Assembly: GCA_963711565.1 (NCBI GenBank)
Contig: CAVQEQ010000001.1
Coordinates: 640,001-704,000 of the forward strand
DNA from: an uncultured delta proteobacterium
GTDB taxonomy: Bacteria > Desulfobacterota > Binatia > Binatales > Binataceae
Direction: 5' to 3'
Length of the DNA: 64,000 bases
The notes beneath the pieces are model-generated. The model did no database searches, was not told the DNA's origin, and saw only the letters and a program-made list of their open reading frames with translations. Below are positions 16,663 to 25,515 of this stretch, in pieces. Position numbers and translations under genes: made by a program. The first letter of the stretch is position 1. Every line of letters begins with the position of its first letter.

Positions 16663-19392
16663 TCACGCGCCCTTTTTATCGGTGATCTCGAAAATGCGCC
16701 GATAGATGCGATCGGGTGTCAGCGACGAGTCGTGGAAGCGGACGCCGGTGGCGTTGGTCAGCGCGTTGGCAAGCGCAGGCGCGATCGGATAGATCGGCGC
16801 CTCGCTCATCGACTTGGCGCCGAGCGGGCCGAACGCGTCGTGCGTATCGGCGAAGTAGATCTCGGTGCGCTCGAGCAGATCGGCATATGCTGGAATGCGG
16901 TAGTTGCGAAAGGTCGGATTGATCATGCGGCCGCTGTCGTCAAAGACCATCTTTTCCTGCAGCGTCCATCCCACCCCCTGCGAGATTGCGCCTTCGACCT
17001 GTGCTCTGCACTGCATCGGATTGATGATCACGCCGCCATCGCACCCCTGGACGCTCTGCAGGATGACGATTTCTCCCGTGACGCGATTGACTGCGATGCG
17101 AAATGCCTGCACCTGGAAGGTGACGCTGCGCGGAGTGCCGTAAGCCTTGCGCACGGTCTCGAGCTGACGTCCGGCCTTGCGCGACGCCTGGAAAAAATCC
17201 GCCAGCGGAACCCGCGTATCGTTGTAGAAGACGGCGTCGTGCTCGATGCGGCAGGCGTCGCGGCCGGCGGCATAATTCTTCGAGGCGAAGGTCAGCATCC
17301 GGTCCCGCAGCGCTTCGGCCGCCAGCCGCACTGCGTTGCCGGCGACGACCGTGCCCGCACTGGCGAACGCTCCCGTGTCGTAGCCCGTTTTATCGGTGTC
17401 GGACTGGACCACCCGCACGCGCGAGGCGGTGCTGTTGAGTACGCTCGACACGATTTGCCGATGAACCGTCGTGGTCCCGTTGCCGAATTCGGCCGTGCCT
17501 ATAGCCAGGTGATAGTTGCCGTCTTCGCCGAGGCCGAGCCGCGCCTCGGAACGATGCTCCGTCGGCGGCACCGAGCCATGCATCGAAATCGCCATGCCCT
17601 GGCCCTCGAGCCAGTCAGCGCCCGGCGGACGCTTCACATCGTTGCCGCGTTTCATTGCGGCATCCACCAGGTCAATGCACTGGTCGAGGCCGTAGCTGCC
17701 AAACTCGGTGTCGGTGGCGTCGGTGCTCTCGGCAATCATCTGATCGTCCGGTTTGACGACGTTGATGCGGCGAAATTCGTAGGGGTCCAGTTTGAGGCTG
17801 CGCGCCACCTCGTCCATCGCGCACTCGACGGCGAAGATAGTCTGCGTCATGCCGTAGCCGCGGATCGCACCGGCCGGGACCATGTTGGTGTAAACCGTAT
17901 AGCCGTCGACTTTCTTGTTGGCGCATTTGTATACTGCGACGGCTTCGCCGCACGCCGCATACAAAGTTTCGCCGCCGTGATTGCCGTAGGCACCGGTGTT
18001 GGAAACGACGCGCACCTCCATCGCAGTCAGAGTGCCGTCGCGCTTTGCGCCGACTTTCATCCTGACGTTCATCGGATGGCGCGTGGTCGCGGCGATAAAT
18101 TCCTCTTCGCGGGTGAATTCGAGCATCACCGGACGGCCGGTCTTCAAAGTGGCAAATGCGCAGATGTCTTCGGTCAGCACTTCCTGCTTGCCGCCGAAGC
18201 CGCCGCCCACGCGCTCGCAAAAGACGCGAACGCTCTCGGGCATCAGGTCGAAAAGGTAGCAGAGCTTTTGCTTGGTGATGTACGGCGTCTGGCTGCTGGT
18301 GCGGACGTTGAGCCGGCCGTGGTCGAGCCACGTGATCGAGCAATGCGTTTCGAGATGCGCGTGCTGGACGCGATGCGTGGTGTAGGTAGCCTCGTGGATT
18401 GTGTCGGCCGCTTTGAATCCCGCTTCAACGTCGCCGACGTTGCCGTGAATTTCGAGCAGTATATTTTGCCCCGGACGCCGGATGCGCGACTCCGCGCCCT
18501 TATCGTGGATGACGGGCGCGCCCTGGCTCATCGCTTCTTCGGGATCGAAGACCGCGGGCAGCAGCTCATAGTCGATCTCGATCCTGCGGCATCCCTCTTC
18601 CGCCGCGCCTTCCGTTTCGGCTACGACGGCGGCGACTCGTTGCCCGACAAACCGAACCACGTTGTCGAGCAGGTACGTGTCGTTGGGATCGACGTGGTAG
18701 TCGTCGTGAGTGGCGGAGGTATAGAGCAGCCGGGGGACGTCTTCCCAGGTGTAGATCGCGCGTACGCCGGGCACCGCGAGCGCGGCGTCCTTGCGGATTG
18801 CCTTCACGCGCGCGTGGGCGTGCGGCGATCTGAGCAGTTTCAGATGCAGCATGCCCTCCATCGCGGTGTCGAGGGTATAGCGGACCTTGCCGGTGACGAT
18901 CCCCTCTGCGGCCGGTGCCAGTAGTCCCGCGCCACAAGACTTACCGGGCTGGTCCTCCTCGATGGACTTGACGCCGTGGATCGCGTTTTCGATCGAGTGA
19001 TAACCGGTGCATCGACATAGATTGCCCTTGAGGTAGCGCGGCAGGTCTTTGATCTGCTCTTCGCTCAGCGTCGCGGCAGTCATGATCATGCCGGCCGTGC
19101 AGAAACCGCACTGAAAACCCGCGGCCTCCATGAACGCTTTCTGCATCGGATGCAGATCGCCATTCTGCGCCAGGCCTTCGATGGTCGTGACCTTGTGACC
19201 GTCGGCGCGAAAGGCGGGGATGAGACAGCTATGAACGGGGATGTCGTCGAGCCACACCGTGCAAGCGCCACAATCGCCGGCATCGCATCCTTTTTTGACG
19301 CCGAACCATCCCATGTCGCGCAGGAAAGTTCGCAGGCACTGGCCGGGGCGCGGCTCTTCCGAGAATGTTTTGGCGTTGACCAGGAAACTCAC
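16663..19392 (-). CDS. Xanthine dehydrogenase-family molybdopterin-binding subunit with fused N-terminal [2Fe-2S] domains
   Basis: KKGCDAGDCGACTV, FQCGFCTAG, GNLCRCTGY; VGGGFGGK, GAIRGYG, GAKSMSE with the catalytic Glu. Confidence 0.93.
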   Translation of the reverse strand: MSFLVNAKTFSEEPRPGQCLRTFLRDMGWFGVKKGCDAGDCGACTVWLDDIPVHSCLIPAFRADGHKVTTIEGLAQNGDLHPMQKAFMEAAGFQCGFCTAGMIMTAATLSEEQIKDLPRYLKGNLCRCTGYHSIENAIHGVKSIEEDQPGKSCGAGLLAPAAEGIVTGKVRYTLDTAMEGMLHLKLLRSPHAHARVKAIRKDAALAVPGVRAIYTWEDVPRLLYTSATHDDYHVDPNDTYLLDNVVRFVGQRVAAVVAETEGAAEEGCRRIEIDYELLPAVFDPEEAMSQGAPVIHDKGAESRIRRPGQNILLEIHGNVGDVEAGFKAADTIHEATYTTHRVQHAHLETHCSITWLDHGRLNVRTSSQTPYITKQKLCYLFDLMPESVRVFCERVGGGFGGKQEVLTEDICAFATLKTGRPVMLEFTREEEFIAATTRHPMNVRMKVGAKRDGTLTAMEVRVVSNTGAYGNHGGETLYAACGEAVAVYKCANKKVDGYTVYTNMVPAGAIRGYGMTQTIFAVECAMDEVARSLKLDPYEFRRINVVKPDDQMIAESTDATDTEFGSYGLDQCIDLVDAAMKRGNDVKRPPGADWLEGQGMAISMHGSVPPTEHRSEARLGLGEDGNYHLAIGTAEFGNGTTTVHRQIVSSVLNSTASRVRVVQSDTDKTGYDTGAFASAGTVVAGNAVRLAAEALRDRMLTFASKNYAAGRDACRIEHDAVFYNDTRVPLADFFQASRKAGRQLETVRKAYGTPRSVTFQVQAFRIAVNRVTGEIVILQSVQGCDGGVIINPMQCRAQVEGAISQGVGWTLQEKMVFDDSGRMINPTFRNYRIPAYADLLERTEIYFADTHDAFGPLGAKSMSEAPIYPIAPALANALTNATGVRFHDSSLTPDRIYRRIFEITDKKGA

Positions 19393-20213
19393 GGCTGCAC
19401 CTTGTTTGAGACTTCGCGCCGGATCTCTTCAGCGAAATAGAAAGTCATGTGCTGGCGATACTCCGGCGTTCCATGAACGTCGTCGAAGAATTTCGGAATT
19501 TCACGCTCGAGGCGGGCGAGCAACTCGTCGGCAGCTGGAAGTTTCGGAAACCTGAGTCGATGCGGCCGCTCGGTCGAGGCGGAAACCGTGAGCATGAAGA
19601 CTCCGTCGTGCGGATCCAGAGTGCCGGCCAGCAGTGCGGCCGATCGCCCGAGGTGAGTCAGCGACATTCGTCGGAAGCAGGTTCGTTTGCGCAGGGCGGA
19701 AGCCGGCAGCTCGATACTTCTGAGCAAATCGCCCGGCTGCAACACGTTCTGATGGTTGCCGGTGACGAAATCCTCGACCGCAACCCGGCGCTCGCCGCCG
19801 TCGCGATTCAGAATCCTGCAGCTGCCCTCGAGCGCGACTGTCAGCGAGATCATCGGACCCGCCGGCAACGACATGCAGACATTTCCGCCGACGGTGGCTG
19901 TATTCCAGATTTTGAACGACGACAGAAAAGCGCGGCAGCATTCGACAATCAGCGGCGCGGCGGCCCAATCCGCCGGTGCGGTCAGCGCGACGAGCTTGGC
20001 AATCTCGCAAGTGGCGGCAATCTCGAGGCCGCGCTCGCTGACCGTCAAAGGTTGCCATCCCAAGCCGTGCAGATCGACCAGGCGGCGCAAATGCAGCTGC
20101 GGTTCGGAGAATAGCCACGTGCCTCCTGCGAGCCACGCGTCGCCGTCGCGCCAATCGATCGGTCCGTCCCCGGGCTTTGGGCGCGCAACTTCCCCGATTG
20201 TATTTAAATCCAC
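19389..20213 (-). CDS. Xanthine dehydrogenase-family FAD-binding subunit
   Basis: Start re-chosen at GTG 20213 (MDLNTI) behind AAGGAG; LAGGTWL, NTATVGGNVC, DDVHGTPEYR. Confidence 0.9.
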   Translation of the reverse strand: MDLNTIGEVARPKPGDGPIDWRDGDAWLAGGTWLFSEPQLHLRRLVDLHGLGWQPLTVSERGLEIAATCEIAKLVALTAPADWAAAPLIVECCRAFLSSFKIWNTATVGGNVCMSLPAGPMISLTVALEGSCRILNRDGGERRVAVEDFVTGNHQNVLQPGDLLRSIELPASALRKRTCFRRMSLTHLGRSAALLAGTLDPHDGVFMLTVSASTERPHRLRFPKLPAADELLARLEREIPKFFDDVHGTPEYRQHMTFYFAEEIRREVSNKVQP

Positions 20214-20510
20214 GCGAACTCTCCTTACGACAGTGTCGGGCAGTAACTTCTTGTCAGTTTCGATCCCCAGGAAGTTGACGCCCGGCCCCTCATGCGTCAC
20301 CTCTAAGTACTCCACCCACTCATCGTCGCAAGCAAGTTGGCGAGATTTGGCGCGATAGACAAAGCGGAAGATTGAAGCTCAGATTGCGGCGGCAGTTGTG
20401 CCCGAAGGAACATCGAGCGTTGATTGTCAGATCGAAAATGGAGAGCGACCCACATGAAGCGAGACTTTCTCAATTTCGTCCGTCCGTTTGCGTGCCTCGC
20501 TGCAAGTCAG

Positions 20511-21212
20511 ATGAATAAGCAAGCTGAGCTGCTCGCGTCGCTCATCTTTTGCCTGCTGTTTGGAGTTCCGCATCTCGCTGCCGCGAGCGAGTTAGATTAC
20601 CGATGCTCGGAGCCGCCGTTAGAGGTGGAATTCGCAGAGAAGGACCGCCGTTATAGCGGGGCGGTGAGTTGCGGCAATCTCTTTCTGCAATCGGACATAC
20701 CCACCGCTCCCGTCGTCCGATGGAAGGGAGCCGATGCGACGAAATTCTATACGCTGATGATGCTGGACCTCGATGGGAATGCGAATGGATCCTGGCCGGA
20801 CCCGGTTCCTCCGGGAGAGAATGCTCCGGTGCGGCATTGGATTGCGGGAAACATTCCCGGTGACCTGCTGCGCGGCACGGGCTACGTGGAATCAGCGAGC
20901 GATACGGAAATCAAAACGATTCGTGTCCTGCAACTATATCGCGCTCCTCACATCCCGGTGGTTTCGGATCGATACGGCATTTATTTGTTCGAGCAGACCA
21001 ATAGAATCGACTTCGCGGCGTTGTCCGGACCGATAACGAATTTCGACTACTCGACCTTCGTGGCTACTTATCGGTTGGCAGACCCCAAAGCTTCCAACTT
21101 CTTTGTGGCGATATATACGTCTGAATCACCATTTTCTGGAAAACCTTTCGGGGGCAACGAGGTTGGCGGAATCTGGCATCAGGGTTATGGGAAAGGGCGA
21201 CTTGCTCCATGA
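20511..21212 (+). CDS. Exported phosphatidylethanolamine-binding (PEBP/RKIP) family protein
   Basis: Signal-like N-terminus; KFYTLMMLDLD, VRHWIAGNIPG, YRAP, DRYGIYLFEQ follow the PEBP motif order. Start uncertain (20424-20511). Confidence 0.72.
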   Translation: MNKQAELLASLIFCLLFGVPHLAAASELDYRCSEPPLEVEFAEKDRRYSGAVSCGNLFLQSDIPTAPVVRWKGADATKFYTLMMLDLDGNANGSWPDPVPPGENAPVRHWIAGNIPGDLLRGTGYVESASDTEIKTIRVLQLYRAPHIPVVSDRYGIYLFEQTNRIDFAALSGPITNFDYSTFVATYRLADPKASNFFVAIYTSESPFSGKPFGGNEVGGIWHQGYGKGRLAP

Positions 21213-21294
21213 CCTCCGCAGTGAACTTGACCCAAAAATCAACTGGTTGGAAAATTTAGAGAGGAAATTTCGTTTGCACCACGGAGGTCTTAAC

Positions 21295-21864
21295 ATGCGA
21301 ATCGCGCGTTTATCGGACGTTGTCCGCATCGGATTCGGAGCGCTGGCGGGGGCGAGTTTGGTACTCACCACCAGCGGATGCCTTGCCACCCGCAATTGGG
21401 TCGGCGATCAACTGCGCCCGATCCAGGGCCAGCAATCGCAGCTCGAAACCCAGATGAGCGATCTCCACCTCGAGCGCAAGCTGGTCCTGGATTCGACCGC
21501 CGGGCCGACCTTCAAAACCGGATCGGCTGCCTTGAGCCCGAACGCCAAGCGCGAGATCGATGCATTCCTCGAAGATATGGAGCAACCGACCGAATCCGCG
21601 CCGGCGGCGGCGGCGAATCGCGTCTTCGTGGTCGCCGGTTATACAGACAGCGTCGGCCACGAGGACTACAACTACGAGCTCGGGCAGCGGCGCGCTACCA
21701 GCGTCGCCGGATATCTGGTCGGCAACAAGGGCCTCGACCCGACGCAGGTTCGCGTAGTTTCGTACGGCGCGAGCAAGCCTGTCGCCGACAACAGCTCGCC
21801 GAGCGGTCGGCGTAGCAATCGGCGGGTCGAGATTCTCGTCTACCAGGAGAAGATTGCGAGCTGA
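21295..21864 (+). CDS. OmpA-like peptidoglycan-binding lipoprotein
   Basis: GGAGG RBS, lipobox TSGC, GYTDSVG...N.ELGQRRA.SV..YL, SYGASKP, NRRVEI. Confidence 0.9.
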   Translation: MRIARLSDVVRIGFGALAGASLVLTTSGCLATRNWVGDQLRPIQGQQSQLETQMSDLHLERKLVLDSTAGPTFKTGSAALSPNAKREIDAFLEDMEQPTESAPAAAANRVFVVAGYTDSVGHEDYNYELGQRRATSVAGYLVGNKGLDPTQVRVVSYGASKPVADNSSPSGRRSNRRVEILVYQEKIAS

Positions 21865-22046
21865 TTGGTCTGCAACTTCTGACTGACTGTCTTCGGCCGC
21901 GAATCGCAGTCGGCCTGCCTTGATCGGCCCCGTTCGCCGGGTTGAATCAGCAGCCGAATCTACGGCGACGATTCATGGGCCGCCGCCGAGGCCGTTCTCC
22001 GCGATGTCCCAACCCGAAAGACTGAGGCGTAAGGCCGCGACACGCG

Positions 22047-22799
22047 TCAGGATCGCAGACTAGTCTGAATTCTTACCGAGTCGATGATGAAACGGCGGTG
22101 TTCGCGCTTCACCACGCCTTCAGCAACTAGACTCTTGAGGCACTCGCTCACCTTCGGCCGCGAGGACTCCACCAGGTCCGCGAGGTCCTGACCGCTTAGA
22201 CCCAGATCTACGATCATCGCGTGTTCGTCTCGCCGACCGAACTTGCGGCCGAGGTCGAGCAAGGCGAGCATGATTTTCTCTCGGACGGTTTGACTGAGAA
22301 AGTTTGAATGGCGCTCCAGCAGCGTCCACCATCGGCCGACCGTCAAATTGAGCGCCTCGTTGAACTCGCGGAATGGAATGCCAACGATGCCCTCCACCAG
22401 CGCGGTCGGGCTGATTAACCCGATTTGACAATCCGTGAACGTCTCGCAGGTGAGTTTATGATGAATATCTGGCAATAGTGACGGAATCTCGATCACGTCG
22501 CCGGGTCCCAGCACCTCGAGCAGATTGCGTTTCCCTTTTCGATTCAGGCAGACAAGCCGGGCTATTCCCGAGAGCACGATGTATACGGCGTCGTCTGATT
22601 CGTCCCCCTCTTTATAGATGGTCGAGTGTCTAGAAAATTGCCGAATCCTCATCCTGGCTCGCAAGGCTTCCAATTTGCGTAAGGAAAGGCCCGCCAGCCC
22701 TTGCAGTTTCCCTAAGTCTTGAGCGCTGACTGCGCGAGGTTGAGGAGGCCTGGCCCCCCTTTGCCTGATGGATTTGCCGCGTGACGAGCGTGGTGCCAT
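22047..22799 (-). CDS. Crp/Fnr family transcriptional regulator
   Basis: IYKEGDES..VYIVLSG cNMP-like domain; HTH LSGQDLADLVESSRPKVSECLKSL. Start set at MAPRSS. Confidence 0.88.
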   Translation of the reverse strand: MAPRSSRGKSIRQRGARPPQPRAVSAQDLGKLQGLAGLSLRKLEALRARMRIRQFSRHSTIYKEGDESDDAVYIVLSGIARLVCLNRKGKRNLLEVLGPGDVIEIPSLLPDIHHKLTCETFTDCQIGLISPTALVEGIVGIPFREFNEALNLTVGRWWTLLERHSNFLSQTVREKIMLALLDLGRKFGRRDEHAMIVDLGLSGQDLADLVESSRPKVSECLKSLVAEGVVKREHRRFIIDSVRIQTSLRS

Positions 22800-23042
22800 G
22801 GGTAGGAAGATTGAAGCGAGCTCGTTGTCCCTTAAGTCTAACTTGCGCCCTCGAATCGCAGCCTTCGAGCACAGTCGCCGGATGTAACGACAATCGGTGC
22901 GAGAAAACAACGGCGGAGTTGTTCCTTTTGTAACAGAATCGGCCTTGAACGTAGCTTTATTTGGCCTAGAACATGCCCCAGATGCAGGCTTGTCCGTTGT
23001 GCGCGCCAACGGTGTATACGCCCGATCCCGTGCGGTGCGATT

Positions 23043-23789
23043 TTGAATGAGAAAAAAACTGTTCGCGAAACTGACCTCGACCGACTAAGCCGACTCAAGG
23101 TTTTGTCGTGGCTTTCTCTCGCTGAGCTTAAACTTCTGGGAAGTGTTCTCTCGCTTTCCAACTACAAACGAAACGCGCTAATTCTGCGCGACGTTGCGCA
23201 AGCCCAGGGTGCGCACATTCTGTTGGCAGGAATTGCGCGGATCACCTGCCGCCGTGCGCGCAACGAGCGGGTCACGGTGGCACTCCTGGCGCCGGGACCG
23301 ATTCCGGAATTTCCGGCGCTCCCGCTCAGTCAGTCTGGTTTTCAATGTGAGGCTTACAACGATTGCCGCGTTGGAACTGTGAGCTGGGCTGATTTCGGCG
23401 GCATTACTCCAAATGCTCCCGAGTCCGCCTTCAAGCAATTTCACAGCAACGATTTGAAGCAATGGTACCGCCTCCTGCTGCGCAGCTCGAGTTTCCTGAA
23501 CCTCGGCCTGCACGAACGAATAGCCATCGCGCTGCTGGAGTTGTGCTCGGACTTTGGCGTCGAGGAATCGCGTGGCACGCTGCTGCGCGTAGCTTTCAGC
23601 CATAAGGACATCGCCAACCTGGTCGGTGCCACGCGGCCAAGAGTTACCGAGCATCTGGCGCGATTGGAGCGCGAGAAGTTCATGATTCGCCAGGGACGAC
23701 AGATGGTTGTGCAGGTCGCCAAGCTGCTCGATTCCATAAATGATCAGGCAGGCGCGGATGTTTTGCGAGGCAATCCGCAACGTCAATAA
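23043..23789 (+). CDS. Crp/Fnr family transcriptional regulator
   Basis: HILLAGIARI, ERIAIALLEL; HTH FSHKDIANLVGATRPRVTEHLARL. Confidence 0.88.
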   Translation: MNEKKTVRETDLDRLSRLKVLSWLSLAELKLLGSVLSLSNYKRNALILRDVAQAQGAHILLAGIARITCRRARNERVTVALLAPGPIPEFPALPLSQSGFQCEAYNDCRVGTVSWADFGGITPNAPESAFKQFHSNDLKQWYRLLLRSSSFLNLGLHERIAIALLELCSDFGVEESRGTLLRVAFSHKDIANLVGATRPRVTEHLARLEREKFMIRQGRQMVVQVAKLLDSINDQAGADVLRGNPQRQ

Positions 23790-23858
23790 GGCGAGCGGTT
23801 CGACCAGGGTCAAGTTCTCCGTGCTTCCGAGTTGGAGGACACCCAAAGCAGCGGAGAA

Positions 23859-24017
23859 ATGAAGCCGAAGTGGATTTGCAACCGGTGCGGTTTGGTCGTG
23901 GAGGAGTACACTGATGAGCCGCACCTGCGGAAGGGCATCGAGCCGACCAGGGAGAATTTAGAGAATGCGCACAATCTTTGCTACGGAACGTTCGTACAAC
24001 TGAGAGAGCCGCCGTGA
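23859..24017 (+). CDS. Small (52 aa) putative metal-binding protein, CxxC...HxxC
   Basis: GGAG just upstream of ATG 23859; WICNRCG...AHNLCYG. Confidence 0.5.
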   Translation: MKPKWICNRCGLVVEEYTDEPHLRKGIEPTRENLENAHNLCYGTFVQLREPP

Positions 24018-24346
24018 TGCAAGCGTTCGGAATCATTCCCCCCGGAACGCGCCGCGTCGCGCACCCTTACTAAATGACGCGTTCTCCGGGTCAGGGCGCG
24101 ATCGTAAATCGCGCAACGTCAGGGCCAGCGCGCGTGATCTCGAAGTGGCTTCATCTCTACACTGCTGCGATCGCTACCGCGATTCCGCCCGCCATGATCA
24201 GGAACGAAAGTAGTGTCACCATGGCGATCGTTACCGAAGACACGGCTGGAGCGAGGTGCCCAGAGTGTTCTCCCATCTCACGCTCATGTCCGCTCTGCGA
24301 GTGATGATGCATTGCTGGCATCCCGTGGTCGCTTGTTCCCTCCGCT

Positions 24347-25000
24347 TCAGCCTGGCCGTACCGTAAGCATTCCGTGCTTCAGCTTGCGGGCCACCAACCA
24401 CCAGTTCATCGGATAGGCGGTGATGAATCCCACCAACAACGCCATGCTCATGATGAACCAGAACGCTGGCGACGCCGGATTGGCGCCGCCCGGTACACGG
24501 GCCTTAAAGACCACCGCGACCGGAATCATTCCCGCCATCAAGCAGTTCATCGATGTGAGCTCAGGGATAAATGCGGCGGCAAGCGCACGACTGTACGAGC
24601 CGCCTACCATATCCCGCATGAAGAGCGCCTGAAAAATCCCCAGCCCAAACGTGAAGCCCAGCAGATACTCCATCGCAACATCAAGCGCAGGCGGCAGCAT
24701 CAGGAATCCACCGATGACCGCGCCGGCCAGAATTCCTATGCCGTCACCCGCGACGCAATGCATCGTGGAGCCGAGCGTTTGCCGCCATTGCGCTGCCACA
24801 TATTGCTCGTGAGTGCCGGCGATCGGCTCACGGCATCCCAACACATAGAGCATGGCGCCGATCGGACCGGTGAAGAGCGTCACAATCACAAATCCCCATT
24901 TCAGCACCGGGGATTCAGGCGTTGAGCGAATATCAATTGCGACGAAGACGACAGAGAGCGCTGTCAGCACGAACCAGGTGAGGATAATACCGCTGAACAT
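24347..25000 (-). CDS. DUF4396-type membrane protein (C-terminus probably extends to 24157 across a frameshift)
   Basis: STMHCVAGDG, FWFIMSMAL..GF..AYPMNWWLV..LKHGM; a His/Met-rich linker plus TM helix continues in another frame. Confidence 0.82.
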   Translation of the reverse strand: MFSGIILTWFVLTALSVVFVAIDIRSTPESPVLKWGFVIVTLFTGPIGAMLYVLGCREPIAGTHEQYVAAQWRQTLGSTMHCVAGDGIGILAGAVIGGFLMLPPALDVAMEYLLGFTFGLGIFQALFMRDMVGGSYSRALAAAFIPELTSMNCLMAGMIPVAVVFKARVPGGANPASPAFWFIMSMALLVGFITAYPMNWWLVARKLKHGMLTVRPG

Positions 25001-25150
25001 CTGGAATTCTCACCACGCATCTTTAGAGCACGGTCGGAGATCATTCAAGATCGATCAGCAAGTGGAACACAGTGAACGACTCATGAATAAGGACGGTAGC
25101 AAAATTCGTCCTGTTCGCCCTCGCTGTTGACGACATCGGCGCGAAGGCCG

Positions 25151-25300
25151 TCACGCGAGCGTCCGCCCCCCGTCCACGATCAGCACCTGCCCCGTCGTGT
25201 AGCTCCCCCGCATCAGGTAGAGATAGGCCTGCGCCACCTCGGCAGGCTCGGCTCCACGTGGAATCAACTGGCGCTCAGTTTGCTGGCGGACAACCTCCGA
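25151..25300 (-). pseudogene. 3' remnant of an SDR gene
   Basis: Minus strand reads LIPRGAEPAEVAQAYLYLMRGSYTTGQVLIVDGGRTLA*; no Rossmann or YxxxK part upstream. Confidence 0.7.
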
Positions 25301-25515
25301 GGACCGGGCCAACCTTTTCGTTGAGTACCAAGCCGGGGCAAACTGCCGAAGGCGGTCGTTAGCGGCGCGCCTTTTCGCGGCCGATGGACCAGGACTCCAT
25401 CGGTGAGGGCGATTTGAGCCGTCGAGGCCCTGAAGGTCAGGTTCTGGGGGCGCTGATAGCTATCTCGGGCGTCGGCGGTAAAAATGAGATACTGGACAGT
25501 ATCGAGTTAGGAGCA

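Noticed and set aside
16732-18924. 730-aa antisense ORF, and other long shadow ORFs such as 8475..9575, 31002..32066, 34698..35948, 43510..44805 and 45498..46661
   Set aside because: They overlap well-supported genes, have no recognisable motifs, and are expected from codon bias at high GC.
20221-20330. Assigning the leader to a known riboswitch class (xanthine/NMT1, purine, Moco, guanidine)
   Set aside because: I could not match the conserved nucleotides of those classes by eye; kept only as an unclassified candidate.
22962-22977. Possible sigma54 box TGGCCTAGAACATGC upstream of the + strand Crp gene
   Set aside because: Spacing fits but the -12 element is ATGC rather than TTGC; too weak to call.
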